From contig JAIVFI010000021.1 of NCBI GenBank assembly GCA_025558095.1, positions 186,001 through 250,000 on the forward strand: a DNA stretch of 64,000 nt, written 5' to 3'. Source of the DNA: Hyaloraphidium curvatum SAG 235-1. Taxonomy: Eukaryota; Fungi; Monoblepharomycota. Below the pieces are notes generated by a model, which worked only from the letters and a program-made list of their open reading frames with translations, was not told the origin of the DNA and ran no database searches. The position numbers and the translations under genes were made by a program. Positions 47,069 to 57,994 of this stretch are shown here, piece after piece. How positions within the stretch are numbered: position 1 is the stretch's first letter; each line of letters starts with the position of its first letter.

Positions 47069-47246
47069 TGGAGCCCGGCGGGATGCTCGGGCCGGGTGCT
47101 TGCTCTTGGTCGACGTGGGGACGGTACTGTGGCTTGTTTTTTTTTCGTTGCGCGGACGTGTAGGCAAGGAGGTCAAAGGAAGCAGTGGTCACGGGCTGTG
47201 GGCATCTGCTTCGGGGCTTGGGGCTTGACTGGTCGATTCCGCGGTA

Positions 47247-48890
47247 ATGTCGGACGCGTCCTTGGCCTCGCTGCCGACCGAGATCCTCGATGCCGTGCTC
47301 GCCCGGCTCGTTCTCTCCTCCTCTTCCGCATTTCCGGACGCGTCGCAGTGGGACGTGCGGTCCGCGGCGCGTCTGGCTGCCTCCAACCGCGCGTGGTTCT
47401 CCGCGGTTCGGGCGCGCCTGGACGCGCTGCTGCCGCTGTGGGCGCCCGGGCTCGCCGCTTCTTTTGCCGAACACTGCGTGGAACGCGACTATGCGGTCGG
47501 ACGGAGGGCGTGGGCGGCGATGCGCCGGGGGACGCATTCGGCCACAGCGGAGGACGCGCCCGGGGCCGACCACGACATCCCGGCCCCGCAATACTCGCTC
47601 TCGCTGCTCGTGCGCTTCGCCGTCGCCACGCGTTTCCGCGTGCGGTGGGCCGAGCTCTCCCTCGAGGCCTTCCTGCTCCCTTCCTTCCACCCGCCGCGGC
47701 AGGCCGACCCGCACCGCGCGCCAACGCTAGCCATGCAGCTGGTCAGGGCGCTGGTCACCGCCCTGCCGCTCCTCCCCCGACCGGCGTTGCACACGGACAC
47801 GTACCAGCCTCCCATCTGGACGCGGGCTCCCTGGGAAGAGGCCGCTCGAGAGGACGAGTTTGCCGCCCTGGATGCCCTCGGAACACCAGTGGACAGCCGC
47901 CCGCAGTGGGACGCGTGCATCATCGTCGAGTGGCCCCTGCGCTTCTGCGTACCGGAAGGGATTGGCGGCGACTCGCACGCGAGCGACATATCTCTGCTCG
48001 CCGTCGTCGGCATTTCTGGCCGCGTCCGGCTCGCCAACTCGTGGCGCACCCTGCCGCACGCCTGGCTCTCCTTCCCCCCGGACCCGGAACACCCGGACCG
48101 CCTCCCCTCGGGGACTTTGGACGCCGCGCGCCGCCTCGCGGCGCCCCTCCTGGACCCGTTTGCGCGGGGCGACCTCGACGCCTCCTTCCTACCCCGGGTG
48201 CACAAGGCCTTCCGCCCGCGGCTCACCGAATACCCCGACCCGTCATACCAGGTCTTCAGGCTCAACTGCTTCCCAGCCGCGGGCGCGGAAGCGCTGCTCT
48301 TTGCCCTCGAGGAATCCGCGCGCCTGGTCGCCCTCTCGCTCCTCTCTCACCTGATCGCAGATGCCGCATCCCGCCTCGCCGCGCGCTTCCCCCTCCCGTC
48401 TTCGGTGCTCATCCGCTCCGCCGACTCGTTCCCCTCGCCTTCCCCCTCCCGCAAACCCAGCGCGCGCCCGCACCCCGCCCTCTCCCGCGCCCTGCGCCGC
48501 GTGCTCCCCGCCCTCGTCCTCACCCCCCCGCTCTCCGCCCTCCTCGCGTCCCCGCCGTACCTCTCCGCGCGCACCCGCCGCACCGCGCTCGCACTCTCCG
48601 CGCTCTCGCGCGCGCAGCATCCCCCGGAGGAAGGCTGGCCGGAGCGGTTGTGCCCGCGGGACGGCGATCCGGGGGAGGTGCGCAGGCGCTTCCACGGGTT
48701 CCTCTCCTCGCTGCATTCCCCGGGGGGCCCCGGGGTGGGGACAGCCGAGTGGCCGCTGTTCCTCCTGGACCGCGCCGCGGGCGTTGTTGAGGACGCGGAG
48801 GCGCAATTGGGCGAGGCACTGCGCGCCGCCATGCATGGGCAGGACGGCAGCGGGCTCGTGCACGTGCTGGAGCGGATGCGCGTATATTGA
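47247..48890 (+). CDS. F-box-like protein
   Basis: 547-aa ATG ORF starting SLASLPTEILDAVLARL...VRSAARLAASNRAW. Confidence 0.65.
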   Translation: MSDASLASLPTEILDAVLARLVLSSSSAFPDASQWDVRSAARLAASNRAWFSAVRARLDALLPLWAPGLAASFAEHCVERDYAVGRRAWAAMRRGTHSATAEDAPGADHDIPAPQYSLSLLVRFAVATRFRVRWAELSLEAFLLPSFHPPRQADPHRAPTLAMQLVRALVTALPLLPRPALHTDTYQPPIWTRAPWEEAAREDEFAALDALGTPVDSRPQWDACIIVEWPLRFCVPEGIGGDSHASDISLLAVVGISGRVRLANSWRTLPHAWLSFPPDPEHPDRLPSGTLDAARRLAAPLLDPFARGDLDASFLPRVHKAFRPRLTEYPDPSYQVFRLNCFPAAGAEALLFALEESARLVALSLLSHLIADAASRLAARFPLPSSVLIRSADSFPSPSPSRKPSARPHPALSRALRRVLPALVLTPPLSALLASPPYLSARTRRTALALSALSRAQHPPEEGWPERLCPRDGDPGEVRRRFHGFLSSLHSPGGPGVGTAEWPLFLLDRAAGVVEDAEAQLGEALRAAMHGQDGSGLVHVLERMRVY

Positions 48891-49217
48891 CACCCCGCCT
48901 GCGAGCGCGTTTGGAGGGTCACCGCCGGCCATGGCTGCCTGCTGGGCCGGGCGATATGCGTGCGTAGCTGCGCGGAGGTGTGAGACAGCGGTGAAGCAGG
49001 AAGCGGCGAAGCTGTCACGGCCTTCATCGCTTCGGAAATCGATGACAGTACCGAGTTTGCATTGACGCGAATACATCGATCTTTCTGACTTGCGCTTCGT
49101 TGTGAGATGCATCTCCGGCCGGCTTCTCGGTCGGCACATGTTCAGCTCTGACTGTTGATAGACCCGTCTCCGACATCTGCTTTTCCCGCAAGTTCTACGA
49201 GACCGGGATCGGAGCAT

Positions 49218-49982
49218 TCAGCTGACGTTCAGGGTCCCGTCCGACTGCCCCGCGTTGGTGCCGGACGAACCCGGGTGGCTGGCGCGGTAGGACTGCCTCC
49301 CCCTGGGGAAGTGCGACGGGTACCTGTACCTCACGGTCGCAACGCCCTGGTGGTTGGTGGTCGCGCTCCCGGCCCCGGCGCCGCGCACGGTGAAGTTGAT
49401 CCGCACGTTCCGCGCGGCCTGATTGTTGTCCGCCCGCCTGACGGTGGCCCGGAGGGTGACCTGCTGGCCTCTGCGCACGGAGGCGTGGGTGACGGTGATG
49501 TAGAGGTCGACCTTGCGGGAGCATCCGGAGCGGGAGGGGCAGGTTCCGAGGTTGCGAGCGCTCAGCTGCCAGTGCCCGCCTTCCCTGCGGCTGGAGCACG
49601 ACGCGAAGAGCACGCATTCGCCGCCGGCGGCGTCGTTGCCCTGGAACGCGATGTGCGTGCATCGGCCGTCGTCATCGCAGTAGGTCTCGCACTCCCGGTG
49701 CGTCGCCACAGAGAAGCGCCCCAGGGGTTCGCCGCAGCACTGGGAACCGTAGCGGCAGTACTCGTACTGCAGGGGGTCGAGAATCTCGGTGCAGTCGCCA
49801 AGCACGCCGGTGCCTTCGTAGCCGGAGTTGCAGGAGCAGTACTCGCTTCCGTAGTGGTACACGCACTGCGCGTTGATGTCGCACTGCGTGCCCAGAGGCC
49901 CGCAGGGAAATTGGGCGTTCGCGCTTGAGCAGGCCAAGGTCAACGCGGCCAAGATAAGGAGGGGGAGTGTGCGGACGGACAT
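49218..49982 (-). CDS. Secreted EGF-like + PAN/Apple-like + bacterial Ig-like (Big) domain protein
   Basis: Signal peptide; CDINAQC..YCSCNSGYEGTG..C (EGF); ECETYCDDDGRCTHIAF..ECVLFASC (PAN); GQQVTLRATV..INFTV..GSATTNHQGVATVRY..YRASHPG (Big-like); intronless. Confidence 0.75.
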   Translation of the reverse strand: MSVRTLPLLILAALTLACSSANAQFPCGPLGTQCDINAQCVYHYGSEYCSCNSGYEGTGVLGDCTEILDPLQYEYCRYGSQCCGEPLGRFSVATHRECETYCDDDGRCTHIAFQGNDAAGGECVLFASCSSRREGGHWQLSARNLGTCPSRSGCSRKVDLYITVTHASVRRGQQVTLRATVRRADNNQAARNVRINFTVRGAGAGSATTNHQGVATVRYRYPSHFPRGRQSYRASHPGSSGTNAGQSDGTLNVS

Positions 49983-50862
49983 CTGGCGAGGCGGCACACG
50001 GTCAGACGTTGCAGGTCGAGGCGTCCCATACTCCCCGCCGTGAGCCCCGAGTCTCTGGCTCCACGGAAACGGATCGAAGCTTTCCCACCTTGAAATTTCG
50101 TCTGTGCGTCGCGGGATCGGACGGGGCTGGAGCCTTGACGTGGCGCGAGGCTGCGGTGGGCGCGGCGTCGGGCGTGAACGGGCGCTCCGTGAAGCCCAAT
50201 AACCGATGGTAGGGGGCAGCGAGACGGCGGGCCCGATGCGTTGGAGCAGCGCAACGGCACAGCGCAACGGCAGCAGCTCCGTGACTGACTGACTCTCTGA
50301 CGGACTTTTCCAAACAACGATCTTTAACTTGCAACACCTGAGATGGCGAAAGGAGGACCGAAATCGAGCTGTGCAGTCTACGGACTATCTCCTGGGAAGG
50401 TACGGGGCCGGCCCATGCATGTCCAACGGCGGACCCTGTGTCGGTCGGTCCGTCAGGTTACCGGCACCAGCCGCCGCTCCCGGGGAAAGCGTACTCGCGG
50501 ATCTTGCGATTTGGCGATGGCCGTCGGGGACGGGGACTGGCAAGCGACCGGAGAGATAAGCCACGGTCCCATCTTCCGGCCCCTTTGCTCTGCGCGATAC
50601 CGAAAGGCCGAAAGGAACTCACCCCGAAAGCAGTCAATGACCGATCGACGGATCGGTGCCGTTGCACTTCGCGTCGATCAATCCGAGGGCCTCCGCATCG
50701 CGTATCGCGATCGGAACCACCCAGTCACGGTGTCGCCTTGGGGCACGCTGCACTCCGGAAATACCAACGGGCCCCAGGACGGCCGAGCTTGCTCGGGGAA
50801 CGGAGCAGCTCCGTCTGTACTGAACCGCTGCGCAACACCGCTCCCCCTCCCTCGACGTCCAA

Positions 50863-52506
50863 TCACAGCTTGGCCCCCTCCCCCTCCCCCAACACCACCC
50901 ACCCATTCTCCACCCTCCCCTCCACCCCCGCATCGCTCCAACCCCCCTGCCCCGCCGCGCGGACCCACACCCTCCCCCCCACGCCCTTCGCCGCCGCGTT
51001 CGTGAGCACCCTGAACCTCCTCCCCGGCTCGTCCGAGGTGGCAAAGAGCGGCACGCCGGCGCAGCCGAGATCCGTGCGAACACGCACCGCGCGCCCGTCG
51101 TCCTTCTTCAGCTCCGACGGGAGGGAAGGGAACGAGGGCGGGAGGCCGGGGGCGCAGTACGCCAGGGCGCGGATTTCTTCCACGCATCCGGGGAGCGGAA
51201 AGCCCAGCTCCGCCCCGGGAAGCAGGCAGACGGTCTCGATGCCCTCCCTGCTCACCAGCTCCTTGGTCTTTTCCGGGGACAGCGGGCGGGAAAGGAGGTG
51301 CAGCGCCCTCCCGGCTAGCGCGCATTCCAGGGCGAGCACGAGCAGCGCGTGCGCGCCGGCACCCGGATGCGCCTCCCGCGGGAACACGGCGAGCAAGGCC
51401 CCGCGCTTGTTCCCCGCGAACCCGCCCGGGGTGGGGAGGAACCCCGACGCAGGCTCGCACGGCGCCCTCTGCGCGCGCGCGAGGTGCGCCAGGTCCGCGT
51501 AGAGCGCGGAGAAGGCGTGCTGGCCCAGTTCCGCGTGAGAGACGGAGAGGGGGAGGGCGAGAGGGCGGGCGCGGTCGTCTTTCTGCGCGGCGGCGTGGAT
51601 GAGGGCGGGGGAGGGGCCGGGGGGTGGGTGGGGAGAGGGGAAGGCGAGGTCGGTCCAGAAGGGGTTGTTGCCGGATTCGTGGCGGACTTGTCGCGAAAGC
51701 GGACGGGTCAGCAAAGGCAGAAGTGGGCGGCAGCTGGCGAGGGACCCACATTCCGGCCAAGGCGTGAAGCTCGGTGCCGGCTTGCCCGGCTTGTCGCCCT
51801 CGTCCTTGCCCGCGTGGTAGGCCGACGGGTACGCCGAGTAGGGCTTGTTCCCCGGCGGTGGCAGCAGCACCGTCGCCACGGGCCTGATGATCTCGAACGA
51901 CGCCGACGGATGCTCCTGGGCCTCCTCGCCCTCCTTGGCCTCCTTGGGCTTGGCCCCCGATCCCGCCAATCCCAGCGCGACCAGCCTCTCCGCGCCCACG
52001 AACTGGCACCTGGCCCCGCTCCCGAGCTCCATCGCCGCCTCCGATGCGCTGTCCCCGCCGGCGGCCAGCACCCCCTCGTCCAGAATGGCCACCTCCCTCC
52101 CCAGCGCCGCCGCGGCCCAGAACGCGTGCAGCCATTCCGATCCCACCGGCGCGCAGCCCGGCACGTGCGACGCGTGGAGCACGACCCTGCCGCGGCCGGA
52201 GCCGTACTTTGGCATCAGCAGCGCGCGCAGGGCCGACGCGACGGCGGCCAGCGAGTCGTGGAACTGCGACCTGGCGGGGGCGCCCGAGTCGCCGTGGACC
52301 GCGATGCAGACGGTGCCCGACGCGGCGCGGTCGCGCAGCGCGAGTTCGAGCAGCGCGCGGGCGTCGCGCGGCGCGCCGGAGAAGGCGCGCGGGGCGGACT
52401 GGTCCGCGCCGGCGGGCGCGAGCGCAAACAGTCCGGCGGCGGAGAGCGCGGCGTCGACCTTCGGCCACGTCGGCGGGTCGCCGGACACGATGCGGCGCGA
52501 TGGCAT
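50863..52506 (-). CDS. Hypothetical protein; C-terminus weakly resembles a degenerate ANL (AMP-binding) fold
   Basis: Long ORF with a probable in-frame intron ~51690-51750; ELVSREGIETVCLLP and GRVWVRA..GWSDAGVEGRVENGWVVLG. Confidence 0.55.
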   Translation of the reverse strand: MPSRRIVSGDPPTWPKVDAALSAAGLFALAPAGADQSAPRAFSGAPRDARALLELALRDRAASGTVCIAVHGDSGAPARSQFHDSLAAVASALRALLMPKYGSGRGRVVLHASHVPGCAPVGSEWLHAFWAAAALGREVAILDEGVLAAGGDSASEAAMELGSGARCQFVGAERLVALGLAGSGAKPKEAKEGEEAQEHPSASFEIIRPVATVLLPPPGNKPYSAYPSAYHAGKDEGDKPGKPAPSFTPWPECGSLASCRPLLPLLTRPLSRQVRHESGNNPFWTDLAFPSPHPPPGPSPALIHAAAQKDDRARPLALPLSVSHAELGQHAFSALYADLAHLARAQRAPCEPASGFLPTPGGFAGNKRGALLAVFPREAHPGAGAHALLVLALECALAGRALHLLSRPLSPEKTKELVSREGIETVCLLPGAELGFPLPGCVEEIRALAYCAPGLPPSFPSLPSELKKDDGRAVRVRTDLGCAGVPLFATSDEPGRRFRVLTNAAAKGVGGRVWVRAAGQGGWSDAGVEGRVENGWVVLGEGEGAKL

Positions 52507-52766
52507 GGCGGGATGCGGGGCGGGGAGACAATCGGATCGCGCGAGTCGGTGCGGACGGGTCGCGCCCGGAACACGCTGCGAAGTGCCGTGCTCCCTGACT
52601 GCATCAATCGCGCGAGCGAGAAGTGAGATCCGCTCTTCCGCACCGAACCCATCTGTCGTATGCGGAACACGTGCACAAGGCGACCAAGCTGCTCTCGGTC
52701 CTCGCTCTGGGTCCTTCCCGCCTTCGTGTTCTCCCTCTCGGTCCCCAGGCCGGTGCGATCGATCGC

Positions 52767-53568
52767 TCACGGTGAGGCGGCCACCATCGCGGCAAGCATG
52801 TCTGCGTGCACCCTCAGCTCGCTGTTCTCGGCCTCGAGTTCGGCCACCCTGAGTCCCAGCGCCTCCTTGTAATCGCTCCGCCTGTCGCGGCTGCGGCGCG
52901 CGGCGGCGGTGTTGCGAGAGCGTTTCTTTAGGATGTCCGCAACGCACTGCTTGCGCTGTGCTGGGGAGAGCTTCGCGGGGCGCAGCGAAAAGAGGCGTGA
53001 AGCTGCGTGGGCGAGCACCTTCGGGGCAATAGTGGAGGCGTCGCCGGCCGGAGTCGGGCGCGGTGGCCGGCAGAGCGCCGGAGCCGGCGGGGCAGAGACG
53101 GTGGCGTCGGCCAGCGGGCTCAGAGGCATCAGCGGCGCCTGGAACATAGGGGCGGCGAGGCGCGCCGCAAGGGGCGGTGGCCGGAACTGGGCCAGGTCGT
53201 GCGCGGGCAAAGGCGGTGCGGGCAGGGAGGTCCGCGGCGGCGACAGCAGCGACGGGTACGGGCCGGTGAGGGGCACGGGTGCATCTGGGTGCATGTTCGA
53301 CGACGCAGGACGGAGGAGCTGGCGGTCAGAACTCTTACTGCGGGGCTAGTGGCCTTCGCGGCGCACGCATGCACGCACCCCACGCGTCGGCCGCGTTCCA
53401 AAGCAGCTCCAAGCCGGCGTCGTTCGGTGACACGGCGTCGCCAGCAAGCAGGTCGGCGAGCAAGTTGGCAAACAAGGGGTACTCGTCGGGCTCGCCCGCG
53501 ACCAGCGGCTGGCCTCCGCGGCGGACCGGGTGCAGGCCCCACTCTGTCGGGTCATAAGGCTCTTTCAT
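52767..53568 (-). CDS. Family B copy B2: intact bZIP transcription factor
   Basis: Exon 1 MKEPYDPTEWGLHPVRRGG..., probable intron 53285-53378, then KKRSRNTAAARRSRDRRSDYKEALGLRVAELEAENSELRVHADML. Confidence 0.82.
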
Positions 53569-54650
53569 CGTGCGGTGTGGGAACGAAAACAGCGGCAAGG
53601 TGCCAGGTGATTCGGAAGTTCCAGGCGGCGGGAACTAAGTCAGGCCGGGTGACAAAGCAAAAGGCCCGACGTTCATCGCGCACTCAATGACGGACGGAGC
53701 CGCCGGAGTTGGCCCATTAGAAGCTAACCTGAGACTGCGATGTCGTGCCAAGCGGAAAGCGTAGATTCCGGTTGTGTGTGAACCGACGAAAACCACCAGA
53801 GCGGGTTGAGGGTCCAGACCGTAGTGGAAGCCCCCCTCGCGTGGGCGCGCGCTTCGCCCGGACCTTTGACGTCGACGCCAGGACTTTGCCAATGCACGGC
53901 GGCACGATGCAATCGCGCTATGGACTGCTCCATGCCAAGGGCGGTCATTCCGGGCCGCCATTGCTTCCTGGCCTGGCCAGTTGTCAGCATGTCTCGGCTG
54001 CTCGGCCGGCAGCATCAAACGATGCAGCGAAATGCCTGCTCAGAGATTCGCGTGCCCGTGCGCATCACCCATGAGCCGTCGCCGCGGCGCAGAGGCGAGT
54101 CTCGCAGCAGGAACAAACAGCAATCGCGGCGCTGGGCGGAAGTCTTCGCAGGCCACGGTAAGAGGCACGCGAGAAGCATAGTATCGCTTTGCTGGTGACC
54201 GTCGCGACGGCGATGCGGTATTTTGGGTGCTAGACGAGGCCGCCAAGTCGTCCGGATCGGGACTCCAAGGGCAGCCGCCGCCCCGCGGTCCAGACCCAGA
54301 GAGAAGCCTTGCTCCCAGGCAACGGACCTGCCAGTTCCCAGGTGGACCCACGTGCGATAACCGGGAAGAGGCTCCACACGGATACCGCTCGTGACCGCCC
54401 CATGCCTTGCGCCGGCACGTGCCCGCTGTACTGCGGGCGGCTATGGGACAAGGCGCGATTCCGTATCTAGCGCAGTCACATATCAAGGCACCGCGACTGT
54501 GAATGCCTGGTCGACGGGTGGTTTACGATCTCCGTGGGCATGCCGCCCGGGGGCGGCGTTTTGATTTTTTCCCTTGGGTCCGGAACCATCCCGAACAGCC
54601 GCGATTGCGAGTGAGTTCCCGGACTCAGGTGAACCACATTCCCTGCAGCT

Positions 54651-56560
54651 ATGCCCGACAGCGCGACAACCACCGAGGCCGAAGCTGCCTCCGCAGGCGC
54701 ATTCGCGCTTGCGCTGGCGCCGGTGCGCCGGCTGCTCCCGCCCGAGGCGTTCTCGGCCGCGCGTGCCCGCCCGCACGGGCCGGAAAGCTCGCCTTTCCAC
54801 AGAATCTACACCTCTGCGCCCGTCCTCGCGGTGGCGCGGTGGCTGGGCGCCCTCGCGCTCGGGGCGCCCGAGGCCGGGGCGCTCGAGGTGGCGTTCGACG
54901 AGGAAATCCGCCGCGGCCTTTCCCGCCCCTCCACCGGCCACACTGAGGACGCCCTGGCGCTGCAGCTGGCTGTCGTGCTTGCACTGGTGTACGTCGAGAC
55001 CACGATGGCCCGGCCGGCCGCGTCAAGGAACCTGCTGGCGGTCCTTGTGGACCTCTGGCGGCGCGACCGCGTGCCGGGCGAGGCAGGGGTGCCACTACCG
55101 CAGCTGCAGACTGTGGACAACCTCCTCATCTGGCTGCTGTGGCTGGACGTGTTCTGGGTCGGTGTCAGCTTTCTACTGTGGGTTCTAAATCTTGAGCGCC
55201 AATTTGCCGATTTTTTTGACCAGGCTTTCCCACTGACTACAGCGTGTTCGCATGGCACACAAAGACTGAACCCATTGTTGACCCTGCCATCGAATTCTCC
55301 ACCGTGCCAGTAGGATCCGCCCACTGCGGCCTCCCCCGGCCAGCCCTGCATCGCCAGGGCGGCCCGATTCCCCAGAACACCGTCGACCTCATCTTGCCCT
55401 ACACATGCGCCGACGTCTTCCGCTGGATGGAAGACTTCGACCATCCCGGCGGCTTGGAAATGCTGCGCCGCATGATTGGGGGCTTACCTGACGCCGGCTT
55501 CCTGCATCTCGAGCTGCTCCTGCAAGTCGCCGGACTTGAACAGGGCCGCCAGGCGAAGTGGTGTGCCGAGCAGGCAGGCATGTCGACGACCGAGGTTCTC
55601 GCCGCCGAGTGCGCAGGTGGCATCCCCGGGCCGGCGAGGGGCCTGGCCAGACACGCCGTCAAGAGGATGGTGCGCCTGAGGGAAGCCATGGCGGCGCTCG
55701 AGGCTGTGGTGCCACGCAGTATCGCCTTTGCGTTCCTTGCCGGGGACCTCGAGAAGCTATGCGCCATGCTCAATGACCACGCCGAGCTGCACGAGGCACT
55801 TTCGTTCCTCACCATCATGCAAGTGCTCAAGATGCTCGGGGTCGCGCCCGAGCCGTTCGTGGACCTCGCGGAGGAGGTAGTGACTGCGCTATACTCCGAG
55901 ACACCTTTGCCGGACAACGCATCCTCCGTTACGAGCAGAGACAGCGACGTTGATACCGCCACCAGCAGATCAAACACCCTGAAGCTCAGTGTCTGGTTCT
56001 CCTCGGCCAACTACACGACGGCAGCTAGCGCCGCGGATGCCGTTTGCACGGGGATCCGCAGTTTCTTGCGCAGCTCGACCCCGGAGCAGATTAAGAGCAG
56101 CGTGTACGCCACCACCTTCTGCATCGCGGCCACGCACGCCGCGTGGATCCGGCTGCTCGAGTTGCGGCACCTCTGCCGCAGCGGCCCGCAGTCAAGTGCA
56201 GACTTTGGGCGTTGCACTGCTTTGCTGGGCGACGTCTCGGTCTGCACCGCAGTACTGCGCGCTTCGGGGATCCCGCGCTGCGCCGGCATCGCCGACATGG
56301 TCGCCGGCTTCCTAGACGGCCAGCGCACCGCCATTTCCCGCACGGACCTCCTCGGCCTTCGCATGGCCCGCGTCGTCACCAGGGTGTGCCCGCACGGGGA
56401 TGCGGCCGAGGGCGGATGCTGGGCGTGCGCGACCGAGGTGCCTGATAACAGCCCCCAGGTGTTCCCGGGCAGGGTGTTCTTCGACGACGCGCTGGCGGCC
56501 GGTATCGGACGCCGAGAACCGGACTCGTGTCAGGGCAGGAGCGAAGGGCCGAATGTGTAG
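54651..56560 (+). CDS. Family A copy A5 (stops early; the ancestral tail survives as a degenerate out-of-frame remnant to ~56800)
   Basis: Intron 55178-55242 at the conserved position; CPHG..CWAC retained; downstream VEVGETQQRKEDDRATSVFAE and ELPDLRM remnants. Confidence 0.8.
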
Positions 56561-57469
56561 CCGGCAAACCGGCCTCGGAGCTGTGTGTCTCGGGGTCGGC
56601 ATGATCACAGTCACCTCCGTGGTCGAGGTCGGCGAGACGCAACAAAGAAAGGAGGACGATCGGGCGACGTCTGTGTTTGCCGAGAATGCGCGCGGGGGCA
56701 TGGATGAAGGACAAGAGTCCTTGAACCCGAGCAGCTTAGCAGCGACGGGTGGTGAAGGAGCTGCACAGAGCTACCGGACCTTCGGATGCAATGTCCCTTA
56801 CCGACCCCCTGTCTTCGTGATGGGATAACTTGGTGGCTTCGGGAGGGAAGGAGGTGGCTTATCGCGCGTGTGTGTGTTTGGGGGGGCGGGGGTTGGTTCT
56901 TGAATCTCTCTAGTTCTCTGAAACGCCGATCACCCGCCTCCGCCTGCCTTCCCCGAGGTCGGATCTACCGCTGCCGTACCCCGCGCCGCCCTTTCGCTGG
57001 ATCGCGCATCTCCAGCACAGTCTCATAGCGGCGCGCGGACCCCAGTCGACTCGTCTTCTGCTCTTGTCAACGTTTTCTCGCGCCTGCCTCCCGTTCCGCC
57101 CCGATCCGTTGTCTCGCACCGACTTGGATCTCTCTGGACGCGGATCTTGGATTATCTTGGGATTTCTCAAGTGAGCAATCGTCAACGTCGACGTCGACCG
57201 GCCGCCCCTCGCCAGAGACCCATAAGGCGTCGGTTCGGAGTTGGCAGACCCCATGCAACTGGGCCTTCGGGCTCAGGGTAATGCAGTGACCTCGAGCACT
57301 GCGGCACTGCTCGCTTTGGGGCGCGTTGTTTTCTTCACGCGCGGGTAGTCGGCAACTTGCGTCGAGTGTCTGGAAGTTTGGAAGCAAATCCGTGGGCGAA
57401 GGTGCAAGTCTCCCAGAATAGAAAGACATCTAGCGTATGCACACGGTGGCGGAAGACCATCGTCTGGTT

Positions 57470-57994
57470 TCAGGCCATATCGGGCCTCGGAGGCGCCGAG
57501 ACGCGAGCCATGATGACCGCGGGGCCTCTTGGCGTCCCAACGCTGCCATCGGAGGCCCCGCCGGGCAGAAGAGGCCCCCGGCCTGGCCCGAGCGTGACAG
57601 AGGAGCCCGACACCACGCTGGCGGACGTGTCCGTCGTCGCCCCGGCCTTGTAGCCGCGCTCGTCGTCGTCCGAGCCATCGTCCGAGTCCGAATCGTCCGC
57701 GTCGCGGTGCGCCGAGTACGCAGCGGAACACGGGGCGCACAGCGCCCCACGGGGCACGCCGTGGATGCACAGCGCTTCACCCTCGCCCCGGCGGTGCGGC
57801 CGGGGGAACAGGCCGGCCAGCGGCGTGCGGCCGACGTCGGCGCCGTTGCGGGTGCGCGGCGGGAGCGTGTGTGCCGCGAGAATGCAGAAGTCTGCGGCGG
57901 CCTCGGAGGGGCGGCCGGCGGGGAGTGAGAAGACGGCGGCGAGGGCGGCGGGGCGCACGGCGGCTGCGGACTGCGGAGGTTGCTGGGCGGTCAT
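57470..57994 (-). CDS. Family C copy C2: small protein with CIHG..CAPC motif and acidic DDSDSDDGSDDDE tract
   Basis: 174-aa ATG ORF; paralog at 34449 + 38866-39213 conserves the protein sequence. Confidence 0.7.
   Translation of the reverse strand: MTAQQPPQSAAAVRPAALAAVFSLPAGRPSEAAADFCILAAHTLPPRTRNGADVGRTPLAGLFPRPHRRGEGEALCIHGVPRGALCAPCSAAYSAHRDADDSDSDDGSDDDERGYKAGATTDTSASVVSGSSVTLGPGRGPLLPGGASDGSVGTPRGPAVIMARVSAPPRPDMA

Noticed and set aside
50863-52947. 694-aa ORF as a bZIP fusion
   Set aside because: The bZIP is in another frame and stops at 52767; the gene likely starts at 52506
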